Positions 12,687 to 25,953 of a DNA stretch of 64,000 nucleotides are shown piece after piece. The stretch spans positions 186,001-250,000 of the forward strand of contig CBFFRP010000419.1 of NCBI GenBank assembly GCA_965644295.1, written 5' to 3'. The notes under the pieces were generated by a model. That model ran no database searches. It was not told the DNA's origin and was given only the letters and a program-made list of their open reading frames with translations. The stretch's first letter is position 1; each line of letters begins with the position of its first letter. The DNA comes from Paraphysomonas bandaiensis (taxonomy: Eukaryota > Protista > Chrysophyceae). Made by a program: the position numbers and the translations under genes.

Positions 12687-15600
12687 ATGGATTTAATTGA
12701 TTCAGGAGTTGAATACGGTGGATGGGACCCTAGTTCTATATTTGGTGCTCCTGATTATTCCTCTCAACAGCAGCAGCAGCAGCAGCTATCGAGTGATATG
12801 TATGATGCCGATTCATTACACTCACATCATCATATTGAAAGAGATCGTGAAGACGATGACGTGTATGGAGAGAATTATCAGACTGATGGACACCAAAACA
12901 AGCCACTTAAGACTAAAGTAGCACCTCATCGGTTTGAAAAGGATACGGATGTTTTTGATAATAGAGACTCTGGCAAGTCTCCTCCGCGGATTAATAACTT
13001 CCTCGATGGTGGTCGGGTCGACAACGACTCACTCAAGCGTCTACATCCTGCTGATGTAGACGAAAGTAGCAATAAATCTACTTTTTCAGCTCCGCAACAT
13101 AGACTGCCATATGGTAGTAAGGATGTAATGGGTGGTGTGAAAGGTAGTAATCCTACTGATATCTCACCGAGGGATGACACTGAAGGTTTGGTTTCGTGTA
13201 TTGAGTTTTTCTTAATTGGATAATACGATATGTGGATTTTAGACGCTAATGACGCTGCAGGTTCTGCATCTGCTTTCATCAAAGGTAACGATATAGCAGA
13301 TAGTGCTGACAGTCGCACTCGGCAGCAAATATTTTTACAGGCAGGTGATGAGAGCAACCGAAGTCCTCCTGAACAAGAAGTCACGAATCAGCTACAGGAT
13401 GATCAGAGTCTTCCTGAGCAAGATGACACGAGTCAGCTACAGGATGATCAGAGTCTTCCTGAGCAAGATGACACGAGTCAGCAACAAGATGATCAGAGTC
13501 TTCCTGAGCAAGATGACACGAGTCAGCTACAAGATGATCAGAGTCTTCCTGAGCAAGATGACACGAGTCAGCAACAAGATGATCAGAGTCTTCCTGAGCA
13601 AGATGACACGAATCAGCAACAAGATGATCAGAGTCTTCCTGAGCAAGATGACACGAATCAGCAACAAGATGATCAGAGTCTTCCTGACCATGAAGATTCG
13701 GAACTGTTACCACCTGATCCGTGTGATCAGAGTCTTCCTGACCATGAAGATACGGAACAGCTACAAGATGATCGGAGTAACCGACTTCATGCTGAACTAG
13801 AAAATACGGAACAGCTACAAGATGGCCGGAATGGCCAGAGCCAGCAGAATGGGCGAGTATCTCCCCGTAAAGATTCAACCTCATATGTCCTTGATGGACA
13901 GGTCTCTTTACAACAAAGAATGCCCCCACAGTTACATCACCGCGATGCTCCTTCTACAGGGGAGGGTCGTAGCGCACAGAATGAGTCGTTGTCGCGCTTT
14001 GCGTGTACGACCATTCAACGTATGTACAGGGGACACCTTGGGCGGAAAAAGGCTGCCAAAGTGGAGCTAAAGATTGAGCGAGAACGACTGCGCAGTAAGC
14101 AGAGAAAGATCTCCGAATCATCTCGTCTATCATCTCACCTGCCTATTGATACTATACAGGACTATCCGGAAGACTTTGAAGTCACTATCCACAAGGCGAA
14201 AAAACGATATCCAGTTTCATTGTCTCCCCAATCTCCCGTTGCGGCAAGAAAGAAACCCCCTCCTCCTCCCCGGAGAAATGTAATCAGCTCCCATCAGAAG
14301 CCTGAAATTTTGTGTGATAAGTCTTCTGGCGGCGATGTTACCCCACAACTGACAATTCACACTGGGCAGACGTCTAGTCGGGATGATGTCGACGTACCCC
14401 ATTTTACTCCTCAGAAGCATCGCACCCCTGGTAATATACCGACTACGAGTCGTAGCGAACTTGAATCACCACGGCTACAGAGCAGCTCGAAGGAGCACGA
14501 TGATTACATTGACGACGATCTTGATGAGGAAATAGCTCATATTGATAGATTGTTTACCCAAGCCTGCGATGTTTTTGATCGTAGCGAGGATAGTATGGAC
14601 GATCATAATGAAAGGATGTCTTTTGGCGATGATATTGCTGAGGATAGTCTTTGTAGTGGAGAAAACGAATCTAACTTTGGGGAAGACAGTTTGGAAGAAG
14701 GTTACTTAAAGCCAACAGTAGGATCCAGCAAAACAGTTCAACCTGCTCCAATATCAGATAGAAGCTCCAGTTCTAGTAAGGATACTGATAAACATATGTA
14801 CAAGAGTAATTCAAACGCCAAGGAGCCAGTGCGCAGCCACAACGCAATACCGACGATTACAGAGCTACGAAAAATTCATAATGTGGATGCCCATGTGCCG
14901 AAAGAGGTTCACTCTGCTCGATCGGGTATGTAATTTGTTGTGGTGGAGCTTCTGTCGTGTACATATTCCATGCATTGTGTTCCAAAGTTAGGCCATCATA
15001 CTGTGTTGATTGTTTTGTTCAAACTTTATATGTTTCCGAACTTCAGGCATTAGTATGCAGCCATCGTCATCGCGGTCTGCTGCATCTCAAGACGAGAGTG
15101 TAGCTAGTCGTCATGTGTCACACCCGAACCAAGCGCTCAGAGGCAACCGATTCAACGCTGCCGCGCTGGCGAGGTATGCAATAAATGTTTACGAAGCTAT
15201 GAAATGTTATGATTCTTGTATGGTAGGCGTCACGCAGCGGCGATGGCTATACAGAGAGTATTCCGCGGCCACTGTGCGAGAAGACAGGCTGTTGTCAGGA
15301 AAGAGAAAATGAAAAATCGGTTAGTGGATTGCTGTGGTTAAAAATTTTCCGTCATGTATATGTAATTCAGATTTGCTTGTCCGAACTGCGGTATGCTGGA
15401 ACAAGGGGGAATGTACTGCAAACGATGTGGACGCAAAACGATTGTAGAGGGTGGATCGAATCGATCTCAGATTTCGAATAAAAAGCAAAAGAAGTCAGCA
15501 AGAAGGTAATGAAATGCCGTAATATTGTGTCATGGGCCGTACATGTATATAATGCTTGAACTATAACCACACCTAATATATTTCAGTGAGTCTTCCTTGA

Positions 15601-16826
15601 GTGAAGATGCTCCTGCTGAGAAAATTGTTGAATCAAGAAGGCGAAGTAAACGTCAGACACGCAATAAAGGGCGAATGGATGACGACGATGCTATACGCCA
15701 GCTAGAAAATGACCTCAATATATTGCACAATGGACACAATAAGTCTAGCCAAAATGAAGTCGACCACAAGGGTAAGGATGCTAGTAACAGAGGTGATAAA
15801 CCAACCCGTCGTGACGGGAAGAACGGATGTAAGAGGAAATCTGCCGACGTCCGAGGTACAGTGGGGAATGATAATGACCCCAGCCGTAGAGAAAAAGGGA
15901 AGAAAGAGCACGGGAACAGTGTGCTCAATGTTAACGTTGAAGTCGATGAACAGTGCAACTCCCCTGTCAAGAGCTCCAGTAGTAAACCAACACGACAGAA
16001 AAAGCAGCAGAGCTCCAAGTTAGCTCACCCCAGTGATGGGCCATCTAAATTCAAAGACAGTGAACGACAAAAGAAACCAACACAATTTAAACATGAAAGT
16101 AGTGACTCTGTTCCTGAACAAAAGCGATTTTTTTCAAAGGGAAATTCTGGTGTGCTCTCTCCAATTCAGGAGATTACCACGGGTAGTGGGATGGGTAGCG
16201 AAAAATCGACTCCGGTTAGTAAGAAATCGAAGAAGACTGGATTCAAGAAGGCAGGAGTAGCCAGTGAAATCCCTTTACCTTTTCAAGTTCAGTCAAGCAC
16301 CTCTGATGCTTCTCATTGCAATAGCGGTTACAGTGAAAACAATGGGTACTTGGTGGAGTTCGATAGACGAGCCCACGGAGGGGGTAAAAAGGGCAGGCGT
16401 GACTCGAGACCTCCATTGATGCCCCATGAGATAGGTAAAAGTGATAGTCAAAGTGCTGTGACGGCTGGAGGGTATGCAGAGATACATAGTGCTGAGTATG
16501 AAGAGAGTTGTAGTCTTCCAGCACTGTCTGCGCATAAGTCTCACAACACCAGAAGAGTACACTCTAAGCCTCAACGGGCCCCTAGTTCAGATCAGATAGA
16601 AAAAAGTCAAGACCAGAAGCGATTCCACAGTACTCAGTCTGCTCCTCCCCGTATGAAGAACGAGGATGATTTTATTCATCTTCCACCTCCAGTTCGACGA
16701 AGTCATGACTACGGAGATTTGCCTATAGAACATGTACTTGGTAATCCTAAGGTACGAAATAGTAGCGTCATGCGTAAAGGAGTCAAGATTGACCGCAAAA
16801 ACAATAAAATTCCGAAACGTAAATAG
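12687..16826 (+). CDS. Large, mostly low-complexity protein with an IQ calmodulin-binding motif and 15-aa tandem repeats (multi-exon; might be two genes)
   Basis: Long ORFs 12687-13223, 13230-14933 and 15597-16826 are linked by plausible short introns. IQ motif ACTTIQRMYRGHLGRK near 14000-14048. Confidence 0.6.
13383..13830 (+). repeat. Coding 45-bp minisatellite: 7 near-perfect and about 3 degenerate units
   Basis: Unit GATGATCAGAGTCTTCCTGAGCAAGATGACACGAGTCAGCTACAG encodes T(S/N)Q(L/Q)QDDQSLPEQDD. Confidence 0.95.
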
Positions 16827-18361
16827 ATGAAGTATTGATGTCATACTGGCTGTTCCCAATAATGGGAGAAGTGTGTGATGTGATGTGCATGTAGCTTCGA
16901 TAATGGTATTTATCATAGACTATCGTGGTATTTTATAATTAAATTTGTTAATATTGCTGTACTTTTCTGATACAATTGTTTGTTATATATTTGTGGAATC
17001 ACCTATTGTAGATGATCATGTAAAAGCTGAGCGTATGTGTATAAAACTACGATGGTAGTATAACAGTATTTATGGAGGTTTTCTTCCCCGCTGGTATGTC
17101 TTTGAGGGACATAGCAACTAAGCTAATATACCTCTCACTTAGAATTTACACTACTACACTTGAATATTTCGAAGCAGTTGAATCTCTGCAATCACCATTT
17201 ATATGCTATGTATCTAGACGATCGTTGTTGAGGTGCTCAGTTTTTGTTCTTTGCCAACGATATTTGACATTGCTGTATTAGTCTCTTACGTGCCGAGGTT
17301 AGAGTGTATATTAGCCCTTAATTGACTGTCACACACAAGTATGATTAATAAAATGATAACATGACTGTGTGCACATACATCCAAACTTCTGATAATGGGT
17401 TTGTATCTATAATCAGTAGCTATACATCTTAAGAAGCTATACATAATTTAGCCAGCCTATTAATTAATTAATAACAACATAATTAATTTGTATATAGTTG
17501 AGGAGCAAAATACTTTTCTTGTTGGTGAGTAGTAGTTATGATTAGCAAGTATATATATGTTTATGAATCTAGATAATAGTGTTATGTATTAAATGTACAG
17601 TGATGACATTGTATACAAGTATCATGAATACACTAGATACATATTATACTGTGAGTAAAACTATTGAAACAAAGTTTTCATTATTTAACTTATGCTTTTT
17701 AAGTTATTATTCATTGAAATGATACAACATCACAGAAGTGATCTACTTTTGATATTAAAACTTTGAAAATACCGTTAAAAACTTCAACTTTAACATTCAA
17801 TATGTGACAAATTTCAAAGTAAAAAATAATTTTAACATACTGGCAATATTCAGCGCATACACACCTACAACTATAGCACTTATCTAAAATTTGACCGGGA
17901 AGCGGCCAATTGACCGCCTATGTATTGGGTTCTCTTTAAGCTCAAGGATAATAGAAGCATGAATCCTGTAAATAATTACGATTACGAAAATAAGGAAGAA
18001 CTAGCAATCATGATATTAATCATAGTTTACTTGTATTTAATCGATTATTTTACCATTTCTTTTGTACTGAGGACTCATTTTGTAGTAAAATGGGCACTGG
18101 TGTGTGTTGTCTGCCGCGTAAACCGGTATATCGTTTACAGGTATACCAACTAGTGCACAACCAACGAATTGTATCAAAGAGCATAGTCAGGAAATAATTC
18201 TTAATTGCGTACAAAGAGTTTGGTATATTGATTACAGACAACCGGAGTACTAGCACAGGAAACTGCACCATTTTATCCTACTTAAAACACTACCCAACAA
18301 GTCTGAACATAATTTACTACGTTAGTAGATTCGTGGTGTGTTGTTTATTGGTAGCACTCTC

Positions 18362-20189
18362 CTACATATTTCTATATTCGGAATCAAAAGCACGAATTCT
18401 ACTAAAGATTTCGGCCTTCAAATCTTCAGCGCACTTTCTAACGCGATCAGGCACAGCTTTCTTGAATGTGAGCTGATTTTCAATCGGCGAACCCGGCACG
18501 ACATCCGTCAAAACCAGTTCACCCTTATATGTCTTTTTCTTGCTCGCTTCTCCACTAATATCATCCACAACAATTTCAATCTTTAGGGTGATATTAAAGT
18601 CATAAAGATGTCTCTTTTTGCCTCTAGTTAAAATGATTTGGGCGTCTCCATTGATTGTCTTCACCTCAGACACGCGTCCTTGCATGGCGGCGAGACTAGA
18701 AGCCATATTCTGGATGCTAGCCATGGCGTCGTCCTTGTCAGAGTGCGCGCCTATACTCTTGAGAGCGTCCGAGATTGCATCCGGTGAGCCCATATCTCCT
18801 GGAAGTGATACAGAGGCGCCTGCACACATATCGCGAAGCCGGTCTTTCACAAACTGTGTGGTGTCCCTCTCCTCCCAAGTCCCAGCAGAATTCCAACTGG
18901 AAGCACCAACAGAAGAAGCATTATCACTAGAAGCAATTGGAGCACTTGTTGAAGTTGCTTCCGATGCGCCCACAGCCTTGGGGGTGATGTCGCCAATGAG
19001 CTTACTTTCTTCTGTAGGTAACTGCCTCTTAAAATAGCAATATCCCTTACTCGTTGTCTCGCTGATGATTTTGCTGCAGGATAATAACATTATCACATAG
19101 AAAACATGCTGCTACAATACACTGCACCATACCTATCTTCTTCGTCATACTCGTCGTCGTTCTCTTCCTGCTTAGGGGCCCTCTTAATGGGTTTCGGGAT
19201 GGACTCCTTTCTCTTTGCCTTCTCTGCCTTTTCTCTTTCCTTCTTCTCCTTTTCCTGAGCTTCCTTCCTGGCTTTCTTCCAATCCTCAAAAGATATCTCA
19301 GTATCGTCACCTGTGGTATTCAAATATTACGTGCTCAACAGCCGTTCGTACGAGGGAAGTGCATGGGCGAATACCCATTCAGTACGAATAATATGCAAAA
19401 TCACACCTTCCTTTCTCCTCTTCAATTTGTCCTGCACCCATTCGTCCTGCAACCTTTCTTCTTCTTCTCTCTCCCTCCTGAGCTTAGCCTGCCGTTCCGC
19501 TTCCTTGTCTTCGTACATGTTTCCTATCACAATGGATCACAACGTATGTACAATGCTAAGCAACAATGTCTACCTTTCGCGAACATATTCGACATGGCAG
19601 CTTTTTCTCGCTGCTTTTGCTCTTTCAGTGCTTTCATAACTTCTATCAGCTCTTTCTTAGCCGCATTGTTAGTAGATTCTAATGCCAAAATGCGATTTAG
19701 GCCGGCCTTGCTCTCTTCAAGTGATCCAGTGCGGTGTAGGGCCACGGAGCGACGATAGAGTGCTTTGATGTTATCCGGATCAGATTTCAATACTTCATTA
19801 GAGCTGCTTATCACTCCTGACCAGTTCTCCTCCTTAACCATAACCATTGCAAGATTTCCATGTAATGAAACTAACAGTGTTTTCATTTCTTGAAACTTTT
19901 CCATAGTTACAGTGTCTGTTGGAGGAGTGATACTCTTATGAGGGTTCAATAGTTTAATAGCGCTCTCATACTGATCCTTTGCAGCCTTCAGATCACTTTT
20001 CTTAAAAGAAATATTACCAGATTCTTTCATATCAATTGCCATACTGAGACTGTCATGAAAATTATGTTGTGGCTCTGTTTGAGTGTCTGAAGTATCAGCT
20101 GCAGACTCCTCATCAGATATATCATCAAATCTAGAGTAATCATTCGCATCTTGTCGGTTTGATGGGGAGTCACAATCGTTATCAGACAT
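18362..20189 (-). CDS. Hsp90 co-chaperone-like fusion: TPR clamp + coiled coil + Aha1 N-terminal domain, 4 exons
   Basis: FKBP/Cyp40-type TPRs (MKESGN, LHGNLA, NIKALYRR). The C-terminal exon has SSWNSAGTWEERD and GKKRHLYDFNI, typical of Aha1_N. Introns at about 19527-19572, 19313-19410 and 19079-19131. Confidence 0.8.
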
Positions 20190-20802
20190 CTTTCTTTACT
20201 GGAACGCAAAGAGGCGATGAGGAACTTGTGGTATGAAGATGTGATGCAATGGATTATGCTTGTAATGTGATGTAGTTTTACTATATGGACTTTCTAGATT
20301 ATTCGCTCTCTATGGATTTCCATACACACCTGTGTGTGGTCGTTAGTTCCTTGGATAAATTTTCCAATATTTGTGATTCGAGAATATAAAATATGGACTT
20401 TTTGGAGTCGTTTCAAGTTTTTTTTTGTTGGAGTGAAGTGTGTGTTGTTTTTTGTGTGGTGTGGTATGGGCATCACTTGTGTTTGATGATGCTGTACAGC
20501 ACTTGTACAGCAGGTTTTTGTTGATGCGCATGTAGCCCGTTCATGGTGTTGCCTATCCGTATATGGTGTAACCCGTCGTCTATAGCCGTACATTAGTGTA
20601 GCCCGTATCCAGTTGTGCTCTCATTCACCCATTCACACACTCTATATCGTGTATATATGTATGTATGTACGTGTATATGTGTATATATATTCCTGTTCAT
20701 TGACATACACACTCACAGCACACACCATTATATCAATCCATTAATTACACTCATATATTATCGAGTTGGAATAACCACCAACCAAATCCTATCATCTCAC
20801 CA

Positions 20803-21296
20803 ATGCCGCACTACAAGCAGATCATCATGTGTCTCCCTAAGTTCCCTCCCAGTGAACTGGTCGGTATGTTTAGACGACATGCAAAAAAAATATTTGAACA
20901 TGGTATATAATACATATACACTGATAGTGTGTGCTAACAATTGTTAAGGAGGGATACTCCGATCTATTGAGAATCACGGGGTGCGTGAGTTACCTGAAAG
21001 AACTACCAGGTGGGTGGGGTCCCTTTTAGTGGATTGTGTATGTAGAATATATATATATAACGTGTGTGTACAGGCGTTTCGCAGATAGAGAAGGAAAGAA
21101 AACATTTTTGGACGCACGCTATGTTACTGTGTCTATGGACATATCGCCAGCAGGACTATCTGACATTGAAAAAATGTTGACAACTGAAGATGGAATATTA
21201 CGAGTATTCACGCACAGGCAGAAAACTGCTGCCGATCGATTGGAAACTAAGGGCTTTAACCAACCCTACCCCGACATACCTTTTCCCAAGTTTTAA
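20803..21296 (+). CDS. MRPS6: Mitochondrial ribosomal protein bS6m, 3 exons
   Basis: Spliced product MPHYKQIIM...EHG|GILRSIENHGVRELP...ARYVTVSMDISP..LS.IEK.L..EDGILR fits the S6 family pattern. Confidence 0.82.
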
Positions 21297-21561
21297 ATAA
21301 TAATGTCTGTACTGGCTTGTTTTTATTTTTCCTTGTGTTTTATTGTAGTCGTTAAGGGGCAAGTCAATACTTTCAGTAGAGTAGATTCGACTTTTCAAAC
21401 TCCACTCATACTTCGAACTTACCTTAAGCTAATGCAGTTCGCTAGCTTATCTTAAGCAGCAAAGTATAAGTAGCTTTCATTCTAAGCCGCAATATCGACA
21501 AATCTGATTAGTTACGACGAGGCCAATATACACTTATCCTCATTTTATCTCAATAAAAGCG

Positions 21562-21750
21562 TTTTTTGACCTGATATTGGCTCAACAGAGCGCTCATATT
21601 AGCACCGGGCAAATATAGACATTCAACTTCAATACTCGGTTCAACAGAAACTCACTTCTATCTTAATTATATGATAATGACAGTCATATGTACGTGATTT
21701 CATTATTGTGCACAATTATGGAGAAAACACAATCATCATGAGTTTGACAT
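21562..21750 (+). repeat. Dispersed repeat family C, copy 1
   Basis: TTGGCTCAACAGA.CGCTCATATTAGCACCG...TTCAACTTCAATA.TCGGTTCAACAGAA recurs in the same orientation at about 45155-45343. Confidence 0.8.
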
Positions 21751-22212
21751 AGGGCCTCTAAACATAGAATTATGGAAGGCTATCTTTCATACTAATTGGA
21801 CAAGTACAAACAAAGAAATTGATTTTGTCAGTCTATATTATACATAATTCATTATTAGGATACAAATTGCTGAATCAAAAGTTAAGCAAGTGACATCGAT
21901 ATATTGCACGCAACACCACGCAATAAAGTCCATGATAATCATATCTGCTTTGGTGTTATAATAAGTAGACATCTATACTATTGTACACATCATATCAAAA
22001 TTGTTTGCTGGCCACGAACAACCTCTATCTTGAAATACGCACAAGGTATCCACACGCCAGTCCAAGAGCCGGCTAACTACTCGATTCAATAGCTTGATCA
22101 CAGAGTGCTGTCACAGGAATACACCTAAGCAAAAGTCAAAAATATCCAAATCAACAAAATTACAAAGCAATATACAAAGGAAGGTATCAACATCATATGC
22201 GTATGAGGGAAA

Positions 22213-24210
22213 CTAGCTCCTGATGCCAGTATATACATATATATGAGCATGTTTACCCACCGCCCATAGGTCTTGATATACACGCCTCTTCCTGGAACCT
22301 ATGCGAGTAGCCGCGCACGGCTCCTGCGCTGGGGTAGTTTTTGAGGCTACCACAGATCCCCTGCTACCTGTCTGTTGATGCCTCTGTAATGGAATATGCC
22401 GCTGTTCATCAGCAGTCGTTGTGACGGTTGCTAATGGTTTCGGTGGAGTGTGGACCGCACCGATAGAACTTGGGCTCTGTCGCGGTTTACCGCGCCAGCT
22501 CCCCGGTCTACCTCGGCTACCAGTACGCATGTGCTTGGGTCGTCCTGCCCCTGATCCCGCATTCCGCCCTAGTACTAGCCGATCAAACTCCTCCTTACCC
22601 AGAAAACTCAGAAGGTCTTTGTAATGTTGCCGTTCACAGACCAGTGCAAAATCCCTGTCAATAACGAAATCCTCCGCTCGAGATTCTCTTTCTCTCCCTC
22701 CTCCAGCCCCGTCAGTGGGGACAGGCGAGGCACGTTCACTAGTAGCACTAGCACCGTCGCACAGCACTGAGCTCACCCCCGACCTACCGCTGCGCTTTGA
22801 GGAGGAATCAAACTCCTCTTCATCACTACCCCAATCTATTTCTTCCCCGGGCCCTTCTCGCTCTACCCACTTCTGAAGCCCTCGGTCAAAACGCATGCTC
22901 AAAGGCTTTTCGCCCTCCTCACTCTGGCGCCCGATCAACTCCGCTCCTATGTTGACGACTACGTCACCCGGTGTGATCACTCGCATGGAACTATGATGAC
23001 CTCCCCTAGTTGCAATGACAGGAGGGACAGTACCTACTTTAGGAGACTGTGTGGTAAGTTTGAAACCGAAGTCCTCCCCAACCTCAAAACCATCGTCCCA
23101 ATTCTCTTCCTCTTCTTGTGGCACAGTGACTTCTTCCGTCGAAGGCGTACCGATAGATGTGGGCATATCGGTAGTAGGTGGACTCAGCGCCTCTGCCACA
23201 CCGCTCAGTGCTGATGACGTAAGGGGCCCGTCACTCATACTATCCATGGAAAGAGTACTTACTGTCACTGTACCCCGCCCAATAGCTGAGGGTTTCAGAA
23301 GGCCTAGCCCCTCCAAATCCTCCGGGCGGATTAGTTGGGGTCCTGCGCCAGTGGATGGGGCAGGCAGCAAGTTCTTGAGAAAAGCTGTCACTTTGCTCCC
23401 TTGCGCGGTATCCGCGGACTTACCCCCTTGGTCGAGAGTAGATGGTAGGTGCAGTTGTAGATGGGACCGTGCCTCTCCGGTGGTGTTGTCATCAAAATCA
23501 TCATCCCAGTTATCGTCGTCGTCTTCCAGTCCGTCGTCTCTACGAACGTTTGAATTACTTGGAAGTGTCTCCAGACCCACATTACTATCTGAGTCAAAAC
23601 CAGACATATCTAACTCATCATCATCACCGTGATTAGCAAGAGAGACCTTTAGTTGTGTTGCTTTCGGATGCACTTCCTCCTCCTCATCCCAATCACCCTC
23701 TGACTCCGAAACTGCGTTCACAAGACCACTGATTTCATCGTCCTCAATAACCTTACTGGTAGGAGAATTAACAGCTCTAGCGGTGTCACTAAATATAAAG
23801 CTTCCTTTATTTTTATCCATTCCTGGTGCCAAGGGAAAAGGCTTCTTGTCTTCTGCACTGGCGAATCCAAACTCTTGATCCCATCCGCAAGAACTATTTT
23901 CAGATGACTCGAACCCAGTCATATCCACATCAGCCGACCCACATCCCTCTGCTAACTCCCATTTCTGATCATCAGGATTAAATATCATCCCTGAATCATG
24001 GATATCATCCACAGTAATTCCAAACTGAGCCAGGTCAGAAAGACGCACGAGCACCAGCTCATGATCTGGGCGTTTGCGAATAAGACTGAAACTAGAGCTT
24101 AATTCAGGTGTTGAGGGGTTGAATTCCTCCCCGAATTCAAAGTCTTTCTCTGTTAGATGGGTATCTGCGTCTTCGAAGCTGGAGAGTTTTAATTTAATGG
24201 GTTCATTCAT
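22213..24210 (-). CDS. Acidic protein with Byr4/Bfa1-like motifs
   Basis: 665-aa ORF with repeated (E/D)NWDD.F motifs, two M.F....QKW motifs and a C-terminal EDFVIDRDF...CERQH segment. A short terminal intron near 22220-22260 is possible. Confidence 0.55.
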   Translation of the reverse strand: MNEPIKLKLSSFEDADTHLTEKDFEFGEEFNPSTPELSSSFSLIRKRPDHELVLVRLSDLAQFGITVDDIHDSGMIFNPDDQKWELAEGCGSADVDMTGFESSENSSCGWDQEFGFASAEDKKPFPLAPGMDKNKGSFIFSDTARAVNSPTSKVIEDDEISGLVNAVSESEGDWDEEEEVHPKATQLKVSLANHGDDDELDMSGFDSDSNVGLETLPSNSNVRRDDGLEDDDDNWDDDFDDNTTGEARSHLQLHLPSTLDQGGKSADTAQGSKVTAFLKNLLPAPSTGAGPQLIRPEDLEGLGLLKPSAIGRGTVTVSTLSMDSMSDGPLTSSALSGVAEALSPPTTDMPTSIGTPSTEEVTVPQEEEENWDDGFEVGEDFGFKLTTQSPKVGTVPPVIATRGGHHSSMRVITPGDVVVNIGAELIGRQSEEGEKPLSMRFDRGLQKWVEREGPGEEIDWGSDEEEFDSSSKRSGRSGVSSVLCDGASATSERASPVPTDGAGGGRERESRAEDFVIDRDFALVCERQHYKDLLSFLGKEEFDRLVLGRNAGSGAGRPKHMRTGSRGRPGSWRGKPRQSPSSIGAVHTPPKPLATVTTTADEQRHIPLQRHQQTGSRGSVVASKTTPAQEPCAATRIGSRKRRVYQDLWAVGKHAHIYVYTGIRS

Positions 24211-25187
24211 GTTACGTATGTATATGTATATGTGTGTGCTGTTATGTTATTATTTATATTAATTTAACTAGTATTGGAGGGAGTAATGAGCATACTATAC
24301 TGTCCACCCCTCGGGTAATAGTAAGACGTGGTGTAGATCACTGTTGTAGATGTTGCTTAGTTTAATGTTACATATGGAGAGATGGGGCGGAAGTTAGACT
24401 GCTGCGCATCTCTATATACTGCTTCGTATATACTGCACTTATACATAGTATCCGTACACTACGAACTACTTCGTAACTCAATATACAGCAGTTCGTACAT
24501 ACAAAGTAGTTTTGATTGCAACGCATACACTCTATTCGGTATTCTTATAACTTCAACACTTGGACGTAGTTTTTCTGTGGTTTCTAGTGTAGAAAACCTC
24601 TGCTTCTGGAGTCGAAAGTCGAATAAAACGAATACTACGCAGATACAAAGTACCGTAGTATGTAACCAATAGTGGAGCTGTATACCATGGTATACCGGCC
24701 CGTATATGGTAGACAGACGGAATTGTCTTTCTTCTTGCTAGAATTGGATTCATATTGAACGAAGTGCACTGTATATATATATATATATTGAAAGGATGAT
24801 CTGATGGTATCAGTAGGAGTTGATTAGCGGACGTGTAGTGGAAGTGGCCATCGAGGTAATGTCGAGAAGATGAGTTGATCTGAAAGAAATCGAAAATATA
24901 AGAGACAGAGAGGTAAATCGTTTCATCTGTAGCCCTTAGATTACGAAGATATTGCATCATAAGTGTGCATCATAGGTTGGTGCAAGTTGAGTTATACAAA
25001 CAATATGAAGATTGAATGGATGTGCTGTTCTTTTATGAGTAACACTATGTGCTCATATGCGACTATACAATGAGATTCTCCACTCTGAACGTTATCACGT
25101 ATTTCATGTAGATATAGTACGTTTATGGCTATCATGTTGTGCCTCATTCCGAGAGCATGCCCTAGTAAAGTGTTCGTGTTGACTAAA

Positions 25188-25291
25188 CAGGGCCTGGTAA
25201 CCGTTAATGGTAATGGCAATAATGAGCCATTAAAGGTAATGCCATTACAATTGCCTGAAACTGCACTATCGTTAATGGTTACCATGCCCTG
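25188..25291. mobile_element. 104-bp hAT-type MITE
   Basis: 20-bp TIRs CAGGGCCTGGTAACCGTTAA and CAGGGCATGGTAACCATTAA (18/20). Flanks GACTAAA and GACTGAA form an imperfect TSD with a 1-nt register ambiguity. Confidence 0.75.
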
Positions 25292-25659
25292 GACTGAACT
25301 AAGCAATGTATAGGCGTAATATTAGCGTGTGGCGCCAGACAAGCGTCAGCTAGATCTACACTATACTTGCATGGTTCATACATGATTATGAAGGCTCGAA
25401 CATTCTGGGGGTGGAGGGCTCGCGCTCAACAACTTGTAGTCATGTGACTATAATAGGCGGTGGAGTCTACTTCATTTATATTGCACGCGCTTGATACTGA
25501 TTATGTGGGCAATATATACACTTTCCTTCAAGTCAAAGTGCGTTTCAATTTACAAATAATGTTGTTTTTCCCTATACCAGTGTTTACCTCTTTCATCTGT
25601 AGACGAAATAGAGTAATATACTTACAACTATATAATCACAGAAAAGTTAAACTTATCAG

Positions 25660-25953
25660 TGTTGGAAATTGCTCATTTTAAGCTAGATCACAGAGAGAAT
25701 TTGTCGTAAGACTAGATAGATTTATTAATAACGTTTACACGAAGTTGTGATAAACAACACTAACTCATTTTGATCCACGCATAATATCCTACATTTGCGC
25801 ACCTCTCGTTACTGAACATATCTTGAAAGATCAAACTATTTCAGTTTCTCAATATCATCACAGCATTTGTACATCACTATATTTCACTGTATTCTTGTAC
25901 ATTGTCTTCAAGTCACATACTGAATATACTAGAATAAGATCAATATTCTAATA
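25660..25953 (-). mobile_element. Solo Copia-type LTR (294 bp) with 5-bp TSD ATCAG
   Basis: Plus strand reads TGTTGGAAAT...TATTCTAATA, flanked by ATCAG at 25655-25659 and 25954-25958. Homologous to the LTRs adjoining gag at 47440 and 52157. Confidence 0.92.

Noticed and set aside
13303-13929. Alternative-frame and antisense repeat ORFs, or a CRISPR-like array
   Set aside because: The units are contiguous 45-bp tandem copies with no unique spacers, in frame within a eukaryotic exon, and there are no cas genes.
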